From the NCBI GenBank assembly GCA_964414795.1, contig CAYPWV010000002.1:5057-69056 (forward strand): 64,000 nucleotides of DNA. The letters run 5' to 3'. Of this stretch, positions 28,283 through 38,790 are shown in pieces (within the stretch, counting starts at the first letter, position 1; each line of letters starts with the position of its first letter). Both the position numbers and the translations under genes were made by a program. Source of the stretch: an uncultured Gammaproteobacteria bacterium (lineage in GTDB: Bacteria; Patescibacteriota; Patescibacteriia; UBA9934). Below the pieces are notes generated by a model that ran no database searches, was not told the origin of the DNA, and was given only the letters and a program-made list of their open reading frames with translations.

Positions 28283-29749
28283 TTAGCCTATTGCTTCAGT
28301 AAACTTCCGATAGATCGCAATCATAGCGTAAGTATCGAGTCCACAGTACGCGAGCATGTCCTTTTTGAGCTGTTCCTTTGCTTCTAGCGAGATCGTCGGA
28401 TCGGTAAGGGTTGCCCAGCTTGCAGATGCTGTGCCACCCTCGTGGATGGCGAGATTGTTATATGAAAGTTCGGGACACATGACTGGCAATACCTTCTTGA
28501 TCGATGCACTTCCACCGAATCTTGAATCAACGTAATGACCTTTCTTCACAATCATCATGAGGTCGTACATGCGGTCGTTGATACTCGCCATGAAGTCCGT
28601 GAACTCGGGCAAGTATTCGCCGATCTCGGCGTTGCGTGATGCCTCAAAACGAGCGTTCCAGACGATAACGCTTCCTGTATCTCCGATGTGATTTTTGAGG
28701 GAGGCGGCAACACCTTGAGCAGGATCGATCATCTCCTCGGTAATATATTCGTAATGCTCGGGTTCTGCATTTGGTTCGCGCACAACATGAACAGAATACT
28801 GAAACACCATTTGCTGATAGGGACGGTAGCTATCAAAAATCGGTACCGCAGGAAAGAACGTTTCGTAATCCAAAAAGTAGAGTGGGTGCTGAAGGCTATC
28901 GAGTTCGGACTTAATCGTTTCTTTATCGACGGAAAGTGTTGGTTCGACTTTTACTCCCGGAAGTTTGATATTCGGCAATTCAGCCATGACATCGGCAGGG
29001 ATCTGCTCGGGCTTCAAAAGCCCTCGTTCAAGGAATGCGACGAGCTTTTCCTTGGAAAGCGAGGTCGCGATCGAATAGATGTGATCGTTATTCAACTCCG
29101 AGAAATAACACGACAGGAATTCGCATTCGGCAGGATTTGTGCAAGAAGAAACGTGCGTGAGACTTGGTGCCTTGTCCCACTCGACCACTGCAAGAGCACG
29201 AGGGATCTCCTTCTTCACCATCGGCATGACCGTTTCTACTTCGTGCGTAATGTCTTTGATGGCAAAAAGCTCGCGAGGATCAATCTCACCACGCCTGACG
29301 TATTGATTGTTGACGTGAACAAGAAACGTTTGCGCGACCCGTATTCCGGACTCCTCAAGACAGATGCGTTGAAACGCCACGTCGATGACGTGCTCCTCTT
29401 TAACGTCCGTCGAGCTTTTTACTTCGTAGATATTCCACGAACCATCGACATTCTTTGTGAGAATGTCGGAGCGGCAGGAAATCTTGCTCGTCATGAACGT
29501 TGGTTGGAGCAATGCCGTCGCCCCAGTTGCAATGGCTTTTTTAGTATTGATCGCCGCAGGCATTCCGAATCCATCAACGTTCACCGCATCGGGAAACAAC
29601 TTCTGTGCCCAACGGTCGACAACATTTCCCTCATCGAAAATTCGCTGAAGTGCGGGATCGGTCGGGGGAAATAAATCTGGTCGCTGCTTTGCAAGCCAAA
29701 GCTCACACGTGCAGCGAAGGAATTGCATGAAGTTGGACTTGGAGAGCAT
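28283..29749 (-). CDS. DUF2779 domain protein (PD-(D/E)XK nuclease + RNase H-like exonuclease domain)
   Basis: LSKS...C, DIL...YEVKSST...DVAFQ, YFLDYET, FQYSVH, SIKKVLP, YCGLDT. Confidence 0.82.
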   Translation of the reverse strand: MLSKSNFMQFLRCTCELWLAKQRPDLFPPTDPALQRIFDEGNVVDRWAQKLFPDAVNVDGFGMPAAINTKKAIATGATALLQPTFMTSKISCRSDILTKNVDGSWNIYEVKSSTDVKEEHVIDVAFQRICLEESGIRVAQTFLVHVNNQYVRRGEIDPRELFAIKDITHEVETVMPMVKKEIPRALAVVEWDKAPSLTHVSSCTNPAECEFLSCYFSELNNDHIYSIATSLSKEKLVAFLERGLLKPEQIPADVMAELPNIKLPGVKVEPTLSVDKETIKSELDSLQHPLYFLDYETFFPAVPIFDSYRPYQQMVFQYSVHVVREPNAEPEHYEYITEEMIDPAQGVAASLKNHIGDTGSVIVWNARFEASRNAEIGEYLPEFTDFMASINDRMYDLMMIVKKGHYVDSRFGGSASIKKVLPVMCPELSYNNLAIHEGGTASASWATLTDPTISLEAKEQLKKDMLAYCGLDTYAMIAIYRKFTEAIG

Positions 29750-29754
29750 AGGCG

Positions 29755-31899
29755 TTATTCTGTTTCTTTCAGTATGGAAGCAACAAGGGCTTTATATTCT
29801 TCAGGAATGACGTAATTGTCTTTCGGCGCGCCTGGGCGTACGTCAGCAGAAAAGCGCACGATTTGCCTGAGGTGGTCATTCTCTTTTTTGGTAAGGAACT
29901 GGGAAATATTGCTCATAAGATGACCAGTGCGTGTCTGCGTATCTCCAAGACCAGCGGCAAATAGCGCATCACGCAGTGCCTCGCGCTCCATTGGCTCGGT
30001 TTCTTTTACGAGTACCGAAAGGAGGGTGCGGAAATAGCCATTCACCTTTCCGTCTTCCTGCAATGTCGTATGCAGACGTTCGCGCAATTCGTTATCCTCA
30101 TACGCGCCGACCGCATACGAGAGGCTCGGGTGGTCGAAGCTCTCCTTGCGAGCCGTGAGCCGCGATTGAACGTCATCAAGATTGATTTTCCAAGCATGAA
30201 GAAGTGCGCGAAGCATTTCTTCGGTGCGTGTTTGAATGACTTCCGGTGTCCATGCTTCGTACCGCTTGAGATCGGTCGTCATGGCAAAGGCGGAAGTTCC
30301 GTCATTCAAAGTTTGACCGGTATAGATTGCGATCTTTTCCGCGAATGGTTTATTGGAAGCGGATTGATTTTTTGAGGTGTTTTTCTCCTCGGTACTCCCA
30401 ATAAGAAGCGTGAGGTTTCCAAGAGTATTCACGAGTTCGTGCTGTTCCGTGGAACTAAAACGCTTCTCCCATTCCGGCGAAGTCATTGTTTGCGGAAGAA
30501 TATGTTCGATCTGTACGGTCTTGTCGAAATGAATCTCGCGAGCCATCGACGCGTCAGTAAGCGCATATTCAAATTTTGCGAGCGCATAGCGGCACCAGCT
30601 TGCGTTGTAGCAATCGCCGCGAAGATTGGTAACTGCTCGCTCAATAGCCTGAAAGCGATCGAGGTACTGTTCGCAAACGACCGCGATACTTTCCACGGAT
30701 TTTTTCTGGAGAATGTATTCGCGAATAATGAGCATGGCGGGGTCGCGCAAAATCGTTGAGGCATCTCCGGCAACGCGAGACAGCGCGAACAAACGCTCAA
30801 TATGGAACGTCAGCGATTCGAGGGACGGCTTGTCGTATCCCATGCGGACGGCCGCAATGAGAATCGCTTGCCAATATCGATTTCCGCCGTGTTTTAAAAG
30901 ACGAATATTGTTCCGCGCCGACGGCGCGAGCGTATCAAAAACAGAGCCTTGCGTGAGCGACGTATACGCGTCAACGGTCTTGAGCCAATCGTGCAGAAAT
31001 TCGATAGCATCGAGCTTGGCGTCGAGAATGAGATTGGTAATCTCCTTGAAAAGATCGCGCTTCGTGCGCTGTCCCGTCACCGCCTCGCGGTGGAGTATGA
31101 GCGACTCGTCCATGTCGAGTTCCGCATCCTCGGCGCGTTGCCACAAAGAAAGAAACGTTCCCGACTCTCTTTGGAAAAGCGTTTGTACGCGTACCTCGTC
31201 CGCCTCACGTCCCTTCAATTCCTGAAAAAGCGCGTTGAGAAGATAGTTCTTTAGCAGATCCTTCGCGGCAAGTTCCTGCCCGCGATAGTTGATACGTTCA
31301 AAAATGGTGTAGGCGGCGTTCAAGTCGGCAGTGACGATAAGAACGACCGAGACGCGATCAAGAACATAGGAGAGCAGATCAGAGAGGCTTCCTGCGTCTG
31401 CGACGAACGCGGCAAGACGATCACGGAATAACGTCCGCGCAATTGAAAACGATTCTGGTAGGCGTTCGAGATCTTGGGAGACTTCAGGATTCTCCTTCAG
31501 GAAGGCGTGCTCGTAGGCGGTTCGATCCTGCTGTCGCGTTACGAGCGTCGGCAGGCTTCCGCGATGAAGAAGCGTCGATTGAATTTCTGTCGCGACCACG
31601 TTCCCATCCTTTGCGAGCAGATCTCGCATGACCGAGAGAAAAATGCTGGTCGTTGTAAATCGTTGCTGACCGTCAACGATATCGAACTCGCGACCTTTGT
31701 CCTTCTCAATCAAAATGAATGAGCCAAGGAAATATTCCGCGTGTTGGCGACGATACGCATCGAGAACGTCGTCGATATATTCCTCTATCTCTTTCTTGCC
31801 CCAAGAATACGGACGCTGATAGTCCGGAATCACGTAGGTATGTTGTTGGTTGCGAAACAATTCGCCGAGCGTTCGTTGTTCAAGATTCGTTATCTTCAT
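29755..31899 (-). CDS. DUF262 + DUF1524/HNH (GmrSD-like) nuclease with C-terminal extension
   Basis: IPDYQRPYSW, VDGQQRFTT, IFERINYRG, IEHILPQ, LGNLTLL..N. Confidence 0.88.
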   Translation of the reverse strand: MKITNLEQRTLGELFRNQQHTYVIPDYQRPYSWGKKEIEEYIDDVLDAYRRQHAEYFLGSFILIEKDKGREFDIVDGQQRFTTTSIFLSVMRDLLAKDGNVVATEIQSTLLHRGSLPTLVTRQQDRTAYEHAFLKENPEVSQDLERLPESFSIARTLFRDRLAAFVADAGSLSDLLSYVLDRVSVVLIVTADLNAAYTIFERINYRGQELAAKDLLKNYLLNALFQELKGREADEVRVQTLFQRESGTFLSLWQRAEDAELDMDESLILHREAVTGQRTKRDLFKEITNLILDAKLDAIEFLHDWLKTVDAYTSLTQGSVFDTLAPSARNNIRLLKHGGNRYWQAILIAAVRMGYDKPSLESLTFHIERLFALSRVAGDASTILRDPAMLIIREYILQKKSVESIAVVCEQYLDRFQAIERAVTNLRGDCYNASWCRYALAKFEYALTDASMAREIHFDKTVQIEHILPQTMTSPEWEKRFSSTEQHELVNTLGNLTLLIGSTEEKNTSKNQSASNKPFAEKIAIYTGQTLNDGTSAFAMTTDLKRYEAWTPEVIQTRTEEMLRALLHAWKINLDDVQSRLTARKESFDHPSLSYAVGAYEDNELRERLHTTLQEDGKVNGYFRTLLSVLVKETEPMEREALRDALFAAGLGDTQTRTGHLMSNISQFLTKKENDHLRQIVRFSADVRPGAPKDNYVIPEEYKALVASILKETE

Positions 31900-34800
31900 A
31901 TTTGCAAAGGCGTAGCTGACTGTCCCGAACCCTCTATAATCCGTTTTTCTTTATCCGTGATTCCGTAAAGATTGAATATCTTTTCATTGATTTCATTCTC
32001 TAAGCCATGTGCCACATCAGAGCTTCCATGATCTTTTCTCAAATCAGTAAGCCGATCAACTAATGAGATCAATTCGGACTCATCTTTGTCATTAGGAACT
32101 ACAACTGGAAGAATTTCAATTTTATATTTCTTCCATCGGTTCGTCCCCATTCCAGAAGTAGTGGAAATTTGCTCAAAATACCATTTACCCAAAGCCGAAT
32201 TGAGAACTGCTACTAAGAATTTAAGATGTTCGCCGGTGAGAATAAAGAGGGTTGCTTCAGCAAAATACCCTTGATCGTCGAAAGCAAATTTTGGCTCATC
32301 GGAAAGCTCCCCCCAAATTATTTTTGGACGAACAAAATCATCGTAGTAATCGCACGAACGCAATTCCCACCAGTATTTTCCCTGATCCTCACGGTCGTAT
32401 AACCCCTTTCCCTTTGCTTTAACCGTAGCACCAATATGTTGCAAATAGCTATAAATAGAGGGGTGCTGCGTCTTGAAAAATTCTTCGGGATTCATATCTC
32501 CTCGGTGTAAATCAGTCCATCCAGATGGAATGACAAACATCCACTCATCACCGAACTCATAAAAGAACTTTTGAACGTTTCTTCCTCTCAATATAGGTTT
32601 AATCAATTCTGCAGATTGAGGATTTTCTCTAACTATTTCTTCACGTACAGTTCCGCCAAAAATAAATGCCTGATTATATCCTGTTTTAATGCCGAAGTTT
32701 ATTCTTATTCCAAGTTCTTTTACTGGCTTGCCGATGTCATCTATTTTTTGTTTGAGATTTTGTGAATCTTCGTTGCCGACAAGCCATCCGTTCTGCTCAT
32801 CAAGCTTCTCAATGTTGACTGAGTTTTTTTCTACGAAATTTGCTAGCGATGTTCGTTCGTGTTGCTCACTTGTTAGCACGGCACCTGTTAGTTTCCCTTG
32901 CCATGAACCCTTGCGAGCAAAAAAGATGCAGGCTTCGACAGTGGCCGCTTCAAAAACTTGTGCATTCTCGATGTTAATTAGAATAAATGGGTCGGCTTTT
33001 GTAACCAGGAATTTACGCAATGATTTTCCGTAAAGAGTTCTTAGCCATGAATTTGAAGTGATATAAGAAATGATTCCACCCTTGGAAAGAAGATTGGCAC
33101 CACGTTCATAAAAAAGACAGTATAGATCCCCTCGTTTCTCATACGTTGAGTAAACGCTTGCATAACTTGCACGCTGTACCTCAGATATCTTCATTTTTTG
33201 AAGCTGGACGTAGGGCGGATTACCAATAACCACTCCAAATCCATTTTCAATTCCAAACATTATTTGTGGATCAAAAAATGTAGCCGTATTTTCAGCATTA
33301 AATGGCTGATAGGTTTTTAGTTGCTTTTCTCTATCCGAAGAGAACATTCCGTCCATTCCGTTTTTTCCTTTAACGAGGGTTTCAAATTTTTCCCGTAATT
33401 CCTGCTTTCGGGAATGCTTTCTTGCTCGGAAATATTCGTCACGAATTTCTATGAGCTGATCTTCTTTGAGTGTGTCGTAAAGTCCTTCAGCATGGTCAAG
33501 TGGCATCAATGAATTCGCGCAGACGAACTTGAAATCAAGGTTTGGCAATGGCTCAATACGACCATCTGATACATCCTCATCAACGATGATTGAAAGCCAA
33601 GCACGAAGACGGGCGATCTCTACCGCCATCGGCTCAATATCAACGCCAAAAATGTTATTTTTGATAATCGTTAGTTTTTTCTTGTAGGGATCATAATCGC
33701 TTTCCAAGCGATCGTATGTTTCCAGGAGAAGCTGGAGCATGCCCATTGGAAAAGCACCCGATCCACAAGCTGGGTCGAGCACCGTAAGCTCTTCTAGAGC
33801 TTCGAGAATGTCGTGCTTATACGGTTTAAGGTCTCCCCGATAATTCCGTTGCTGATCCCGGAACTCATGTGGTTTTTTATCAAGTAACTTTGCAAGTTGT
33901 TCGTCACGATCCGTCGTTTCAGGAATCCTAGATCGGAGATATTCTCGTAAACTCTCCTTACACATGTAATCAACGATCTCCCGGGGGGTGTAGAATGCAC
34001 CCTTCGCCTTGCGAGCCTGTTCTCCGGTTTCTTCGATCTGTTCCGCGAGCAAATTTTCAAAAATACGACCCAACATTTCAGGATCAATTGCTACCTGCTG
34101 AAACGTACTTGAGGACTCATCGGTCGTAAAGTTATAGCGGCGAAGAAATTCGTAGAGACGATCAAAATAATCTGCCGGAAAAGAAACGCGGACATCACCC
34201 TCATGGTCGCCAGTTTTTGCCTCGAACAAACCTCCGTTGAGAAATGGAGTTTTTATATCCAGTCCACTGATACGTTCGTCAACTGGTGTGTTAAGAATTC
34301 TGAAAAATAATGTTTCGAGTTTTGTGCGATAATGTTCAGATGCGGCTAAACCATTTGTTTGAAAGTAATTAACTTCTGTATTTAGAATTCCTTTTTTATC
34401 AATGAACCAACAGAAGATGATGCGACCAATAAGACGGTTTACGAATAAAGCCGCCGAATGATCATCAAACAGGTCTTTTGATTTTGAAAGGAGATGTTGT
34501 TTGAGCTCTGTAAAGAATGAGCTGATCGTCTTGTAAAAGACTTTATTTATTGCCTCAAAGTTAAAGCTATCCCAAAGTATTTGATGGAGTTGCGCTTTGT
34601 TCGAAAAATTAAAAGGCTGAGTCCATTTTGAAAAAATCTCGGAAGCAGTTGGAGAAAGACGGTCGCGCAACTCGATAACACGTAAAGCATGTTCTTTGCT
34701 TAAGACAACGAAAACCCGATCAGCTTTTTCTGGAATGACGAAATCTATACCAACATTTTCTGATGCAAGCCAGGGCGCATCTTCGAAGTTAGGTGTAATC

Positions 34801-35132
34801 GCTGTCACCCAATGAATGACGGATTTATTCGTGTTCTGTACCCAGTAAGTTTTAAAGTCGAGTTTTCGATCATTTCCCTTAGCCACTTCGTAGACTGCCC
34901 GTCGGTCAGCATAACCATCGGCGGGCATGAACCAGTGACCATTCGAGCGAATTTTTCCCGCTGAATCGCTAAATAACCTCCAGCCGTCAGGTTCGCCCGA
35001 AACACCAAGAAGAGCGATGACAGCGTTAATCACCGCCTGCGTTCCTTGGAAGGAATGATTTGCAGCAAGCGAGTGTAGGGCATTATCGATCTGCCGAAGT
35101 AGCTGATTGGGGTTATTCGTTTGTTCTGGCAT
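31896..35132 (-). CDS. Type IIG/Eco57I-like N6-adenine DNA methyltransferase with TaqI-like C-terminal specificity domain
   Basis: PFLNGGLF, GAFYTP, LDPACGSGAF, PLPNLD, IGNPPY, GIKTG, KIIW. Confidence 0.9.
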   Translation of the reverse strand: MPEQTNNPNQLLRQIDNALHSLAANHSFQGTQAVINAVIALLGVSGEPDGWRLFSDSAGKIRSNGHWFMPADGYADRRAVYEVAKGNDRKLDFKTYWVQNTNKSVIHWVTAITPNFEDAPWLASENVGIDFVIPEKADRVFVVLSKEHALRVIELRDRLSPTASEIFSKWTQPFNFSNKAQLHQILWDSFNFEAINKVFYKTISSFFTELKQHLLSKSKDLFDDHSAALFVNRLIGRIIFCWFIDKKGILNTEVNYFQTNGLAASEHYRTKLETLFFRILNTPVDERISGLDIKTPFLNGGLFEAKTGDHEGDVRVSFPADYFDRLYEFLRRYNFTTDESSSTFQQVAIDPEMLGRIFENLLAEQIEETGEQARKAKGAFYTPREIVDYMCKESLREYLRSRIPETTDRDEQLAKLLDKKPHEFRDQQRNYRGDLKPYKHDILEALEELTVLDPACGSGAFPMGMLQLLLETYDRLESDYDPYKKKLTIIKNNIFGVDIEPMAVEIARLRAWLSIIVDEDVSDGRIEPLPNLDFKFVCANSLMPLDHAEGLYDTLKEDQLIEIRDEYFRARKHSRKQELREKFETLVKGKNGMDGMFSSDREKQLKTYQPFNAENTATFFDPQIMFGIENGFGVVIGNPPYVQLQKMKISEVQRASYASVYSTYEKRGDLYCLFYERGANLLSKGGIISYITSNSWLRTLYGKSLRKFLVTKADPFILINIENAQVFEAATVEACIFFARKGSWQGKLTGAVLTSEQHERTSLANFVEKNSVNIEKLDEQNGWLVGNEDSQNLKQKIDDIGKPVKELGIRINFGIKTGYNQAFIFGGTVREEIVRENPQSAELIKPILRGRNVQKFFYEFGDEWMFVIPSGWTDLHRGDMNPEEFFKTQHPSIYSYLQHIGATVKAKGKGLYDREDQGKYWWELRSCDYYDDFVRPKIIWGELSDEPKFAFDDQGYFAEATLFILTGEHLKFLVAVLNSALGKWYFEQISTTSGMGTNRWKKYKIEILPVVVPNDKDESELISLVDRLTDLRKDHGSSDVAHGLENEINEKIFNLYGITDKEKRIIEGSGQSATPLQI

Positions 35133-38100
35133 ACATCAGAAGCGGTTCCGCCCCGTTAGGCCGCTCAACACGGTCAATATTACGTTGAAGTGTTCGGGCA
35201 ATATCAAGAATCGTTTGAACGTCTTGTAGGACCGAACCATTTTCATTCTTTGTTTTTACAATACGACGCACACACTTTTTCATATCTTCACGAGCAAGGA
35301 CATTCTTCGTACCAAATGCCATTCGTACAACATCAAGATCGTCTTGCGAAAAATGAAGTTCGTACATGATCCGAAGAACGTCTCCTTGTTGTCCAACAGG
35401 AGCGATGACCACTTCGTCATCATGATAAGCCTCTGCGGCTTCCTTCGCGCGGGCTAAGAGATTAACCCGATCAGCACTGATGTGATCAGCTTGACGTTCA
35501 TTGCTCCGTTGAATTGTTGAACGAAGCCATTCAAGAGCCTGTAGTTGAGGCACGTGGTGCATTTCGCGTCCATCTCTATTCATGGCTACAAAAGCATAGC
35601 CAAGGGTAACTTCAGAAGAGCTTTGAAGAGAAACGAGTGAGAGGATATCGGGGCGTTCGTCACCGCGAGATGTCGCGGTCGGCATCACCCCCCATTTCCT
35701 TTTTGGAATATTGTATATTTCCGCCTTCTGTTCTGGTGTGTGATTTGGATCGTGATGGAATCTCTTCAAGTCTGAAACAAACTCATCTTCGGCGAGCAAG
35801 AAATCAGCTTCGCCCTCAGCATTTTGAATCGCTTCCATGCGCGCCTCGACATCACTACTGTAAACGTCCTTCCAAGAATCAACGAACTCTATCGGATTCG
35901 CTTTTTCATCGAGCACTGGAGTGTCCGTACCGATAGTGTTACGAATGAGATCGATCTTTCGTTCAAGGCGTGCGACCAAACGCAGATATTCGTCCAATTG
36001 TCCCTCTGGAGAAATGTTATAAATGTAGACATCCTTGAATGATGTTCCAAGACGATTCACTCGACCGTTTCTCTGGATCATACGAACGGGATTCCAGTGA
36101 AGGTCATAGTTCACAAGAATGCCGCAGTCTTGAAGATTCTGTCCTTCTGACAAGATATCGGTCGAAAAAAGATAGGATAATTCTTTTTCTCCATCCTTCA
36201 GTGCGTGTTGTTTGGAGACAGGAGAGAATCGACCCGCAAGCGATTCTGCATCCTCTCGATTATTTGAAGATAAAAATGCAGCGTTATCTTTATTTACGAC
36301 ATTCGTACGCGTTTCAACCACTTCACGCAGATAATTAATCGTGTCAGCGTAATAGGAGAAAATAAGGACTTTTTTACCAGCTGGTTGACGCTTTGCAAGA
36401 TCCTCAATGAGACCAATAAAAGTCTTGAGTTTTGAGTCGTCTTCGTGAAGGACGACTAATTGCTGACGAAGCAAATCAATTAACTCACGTTCCTTTGCAA
36501 CGTCGGCTTTGAGCGCATTGACTACGTAATTATTTTCATCGATTGTGTCGTGAATGAATTCCTCAGGCATTTCAACTTCTTCCGCATCTTTATCCTCAAC
36601 GTCACCAAGGATTTCGTCGATTTCATCAATGTTCGTTAACGTAATAATTTTCCCTTGGCGTAACCCACGCTCAAAGATCTCGAGCTTGTGATCGTAAGTC
36701 TCCAGCGATGAATGAATTGCGCTGACCGAAGATTCGAGACGTTTCAGGAACATCGTACGGAGAATGCCGTAGATACTAAGCTGAGAGAACAAACTGTTTC
36801 GTTCATCGCTCGAAAGCTTCATTTCCTTAATTTCTTCGCGGGTCTTTCCGTAAAATTTTGTTTGATACATCTGCCAACGGTAGGGCAAGAAACCGAGCAG
36901 AAGGATCGTACGATAAATTAAGGCGATGGGAGAAGTAACATCCGCTGTCTCACCTGAGGATTGCGCGTTACTTATCTGATCGATCGGATGTGTGAGCCGC
37001 TGAGTGGCATCAACGATATCGCTAATCGTCAAAGAGTACAGCGAGTCTAGATCGACCGAATCAGTGGTGATGTCTCGAATTCTTTTTGCAACCTCTTCGT
37101 TAAACCGGTATGTACGAACATCTGGAACGACTTTGGGGAATGTTTGTAGAACACCCTGATCATCTACAAGTCCACCGTATTCCTTCTCAATCCCTTGGCG
37201 TGTTCGACGGACAACGAACTCACGGAGGATCGGAGACATGGTTGCTCGAACATACCCGAAATCAATCGACTTTCCTTCCTCGGCATCTCGTTTAATTGAG
37301 CGTGCAAGATTTTCTACTGCCTGATTGAAGTCAACGATTGTGGTCTGCTTGTTCTTTTTATCTGGCACGGCAAAGCGTAGAAGACCTGCTTCTCCTCGGC
37401 ACGCAAGCAAGATTTGGTTGGTGATATCGGAGAGCTGGTTGTTAATTGGTGTGGCAGTCAAAAGCAAGACATGAGCTTTTGGATTCGCGCCAATCCATTC
37501 AGTGATTTGCTTGAAGCGTTTTCCGGAACGACTTTTAAGGTTATGCGATTCATCAATCACGAATAATCCAACGGCAGCAATTGAATCAAGACCTTGTCTG
37601 CGCTCAATCTCGCGAGGATTTTGCAACGTGATAGGCGTAGAGCCATCCATCCTTTGGGTCGCCATTTGTTTCTCCCATTGCACGGTAAGAGATTTCGGAC
37701 AAATAATCTCAACACGCAAGCCGGATTCTTTATACTGCTTAATGACCTCAATCGCCGTGATAGTTTTTCCTAATCCTACCGAGTCAGCTAGCATTGCAAC
37801 CTTATGCTTCCGTAACCGACGCATGAGGCCGTGAACGTTTTTCATTTGAAAATCGTGCAGGGTAAATGTTCCACGGGTGGTTTCCTTCAAATCTTCGTCT
37901 TCCAACTCCTCTTTATAAATTTCGTACAAAGTTTTGATGTACATCTCATATGGCGTAAAAAGCATGTCGCCATGTGAAGATTGGGAAATAATCGCGGTAA
38001 ACGATTGATCCCACGGAAGAGACTTATTCCAAAATTGGTCAAACCATGCGAGGTGACCGACCTCCTGATCTTCGACGCGTGGAGTGTAAGTAACGATACG

Positions 38101-38583
38101 ATGATCGGCTTCGAGTGCGTTGAGTTCGGTATTGGCGGTCAAGCCGTTCTTCGTGAAGTTAGATGAGCCAATAATGCCCACCGCTTCAGGGGATTCGTAG
38201 TTTCCAAAAATATAACACTTCGCGTGGAAGAATTCTTCTTTATAAACCCTAACTTCAAGTACGCCTTTTGCGATTAAATCTTTGATTGTAACGACGGACT
38301 CTCTAAAAGTTTCATTGTGTTCAAGACGTTCCAAGTCTGAGAAAAAATCCTTATCGGGAAAGTCGACCTCGGGTTTTTTTAATTGGTATCGGGGAATGAG
38401 AGGTTCGCGACCAATAAGCAAACGGATTTTCTTGCAGTCCTTTAGTTGGGGTAAAACAAGCGTTGTACCGGGGAGATCCCAATAGCCAGTAGCGATCGAG
38501 ATTTCTTCGTGTTTAGTGGCAAGCTCCTGAAATGCAGCAAGAAGTGACTGTCGGTGATTATCGATGATTCGAGAAGTTGCCAT
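35113..38583 (-). CDS. PLD-nuclease domain fused to SNF2-type helicase
   Basis: FHAKCYIF...GSSNFT (PLD HxK), LADSVGLGKT, IDESHN, LTATP, SEGQNLQ, WNP...QRNGRVNR; start MATSRIIDN. Confidence 0.9.
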   Translation of the reverse strand: MATSRIIDNHRQSLLAAFQELATKHEEISIATGYWDLPGTTLVLPQLKDCKKIRLLIGREPLIPRYQLKKPEVDFPDKDFFSDLERLEHNETFRESVVTIKDLIAKGVLEVRVYKEEFFHAKCYIFGNYESPEAVGIIGSSNFTKNGLTANTELNALEADHRIVTYTPRVEDQEVGHLAWFDQFWNKSLPWDQSFTAIISQSSHGDMLFTPYEMYIKTLYEIYKEELEDEDLKETTRGTFTLHDFQMKNVHGLMRRLRKHKVAMLADSVGLGKTITAIEVIKQYKESGLRVEIICPKSLTVQWEKQMATQRMDGSTPITLQNPREIERRQGLDSIAAVGLFVIDESHNLKSRSGKRFKQITEWIGANPKAHVLLLTATPINNQLSDITNQILLACRGEAGLLRFAVPDKKNKQTTIVDFNQAVENLARSIKRDAEEGKSIDFGYVRATMSPILREFVVRRTRQGIEKEYGGLVDDQGVLQTFPKVVPDVRTYRFNEEVAKRIRDITTDSVDLDSLYSLTISDIVDATQRLTHPIDQISNAQSSGETADVTSPIALIYRTILLLGFLPYRWQMYQTKFYGKTREEIKEMKLSSDERNSLFSQLSIYGILRTMFLKRLESSVSAIHSSLETYDHKLEIFERGLRQGKIITLTNIDEIDEILGDVEDKDAEEVEMPEEFIHDTIDENNYVVNALKADVAKERELIDLLRQQLVVLHEDDSKLKTFIGLIEDLAKRQPAGKKVLIFSYYADTINYLREVVETRTNVVNKDNAAFLSSNNREDAESLAGRFSPVSKQHALKDGEKELSYLFSTDILSEGQNLQDCGILVNYDLHWNPVRMIQRNGRVNRLGTSFKDVYIYNISPEGQLDEYLRLVARLERKIDLIRNTIGTDTPVLDEKANPIEFVDSWKDVYSSDVEARMEAIQNAEGEADFLLAEDEFVSDLKRFHHDPNHTPEQKAEIYNIPKRKWGVMPTATSRGDERPDILSLVSLQSSSEVTLGYAFVAMNRDGREMHHVPQLQALEWLRSTIQRSNERQADHISADRVNLLARAKEAAEAYHDDEVVIAPVGQQGDVLRIMYELHFSQDDLDVVRMAFGTKNVLAREDMKKCVRRIVKTKNENGSVLQDVQTILDIARTLQRNIDRVERPNGAEPLLMYARTNE

Positions 38584-38790
38584 AGGAAAAATATTCCCTC
38601 GAATTTTATCAGAAAATGACCACAGGAGCAACATAATTGTTCATGCCCAGGAAAGTAGAATAATCTGACCTAATACTAGCAAATATTGGCGTTTTTTAAT
38701 CAATTAGTTACCTACAGCTTACCTACAGGTCGTGACTAGGCACCCGGGACAGACGCGGTAGTGTGTGGGTATTAGGAGTAACCAAATCTT

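Noticed and set aside
28688-29674. 328-aa plus-strand ORF
   Set aside because: Antisense shadow of the DUF2779 gene with no motifs.
31896-38583. Canonical DISARM or BREX
   Set aside because: No DrmA/DrmB (DUF1998), PglZ or BrxC genes present.
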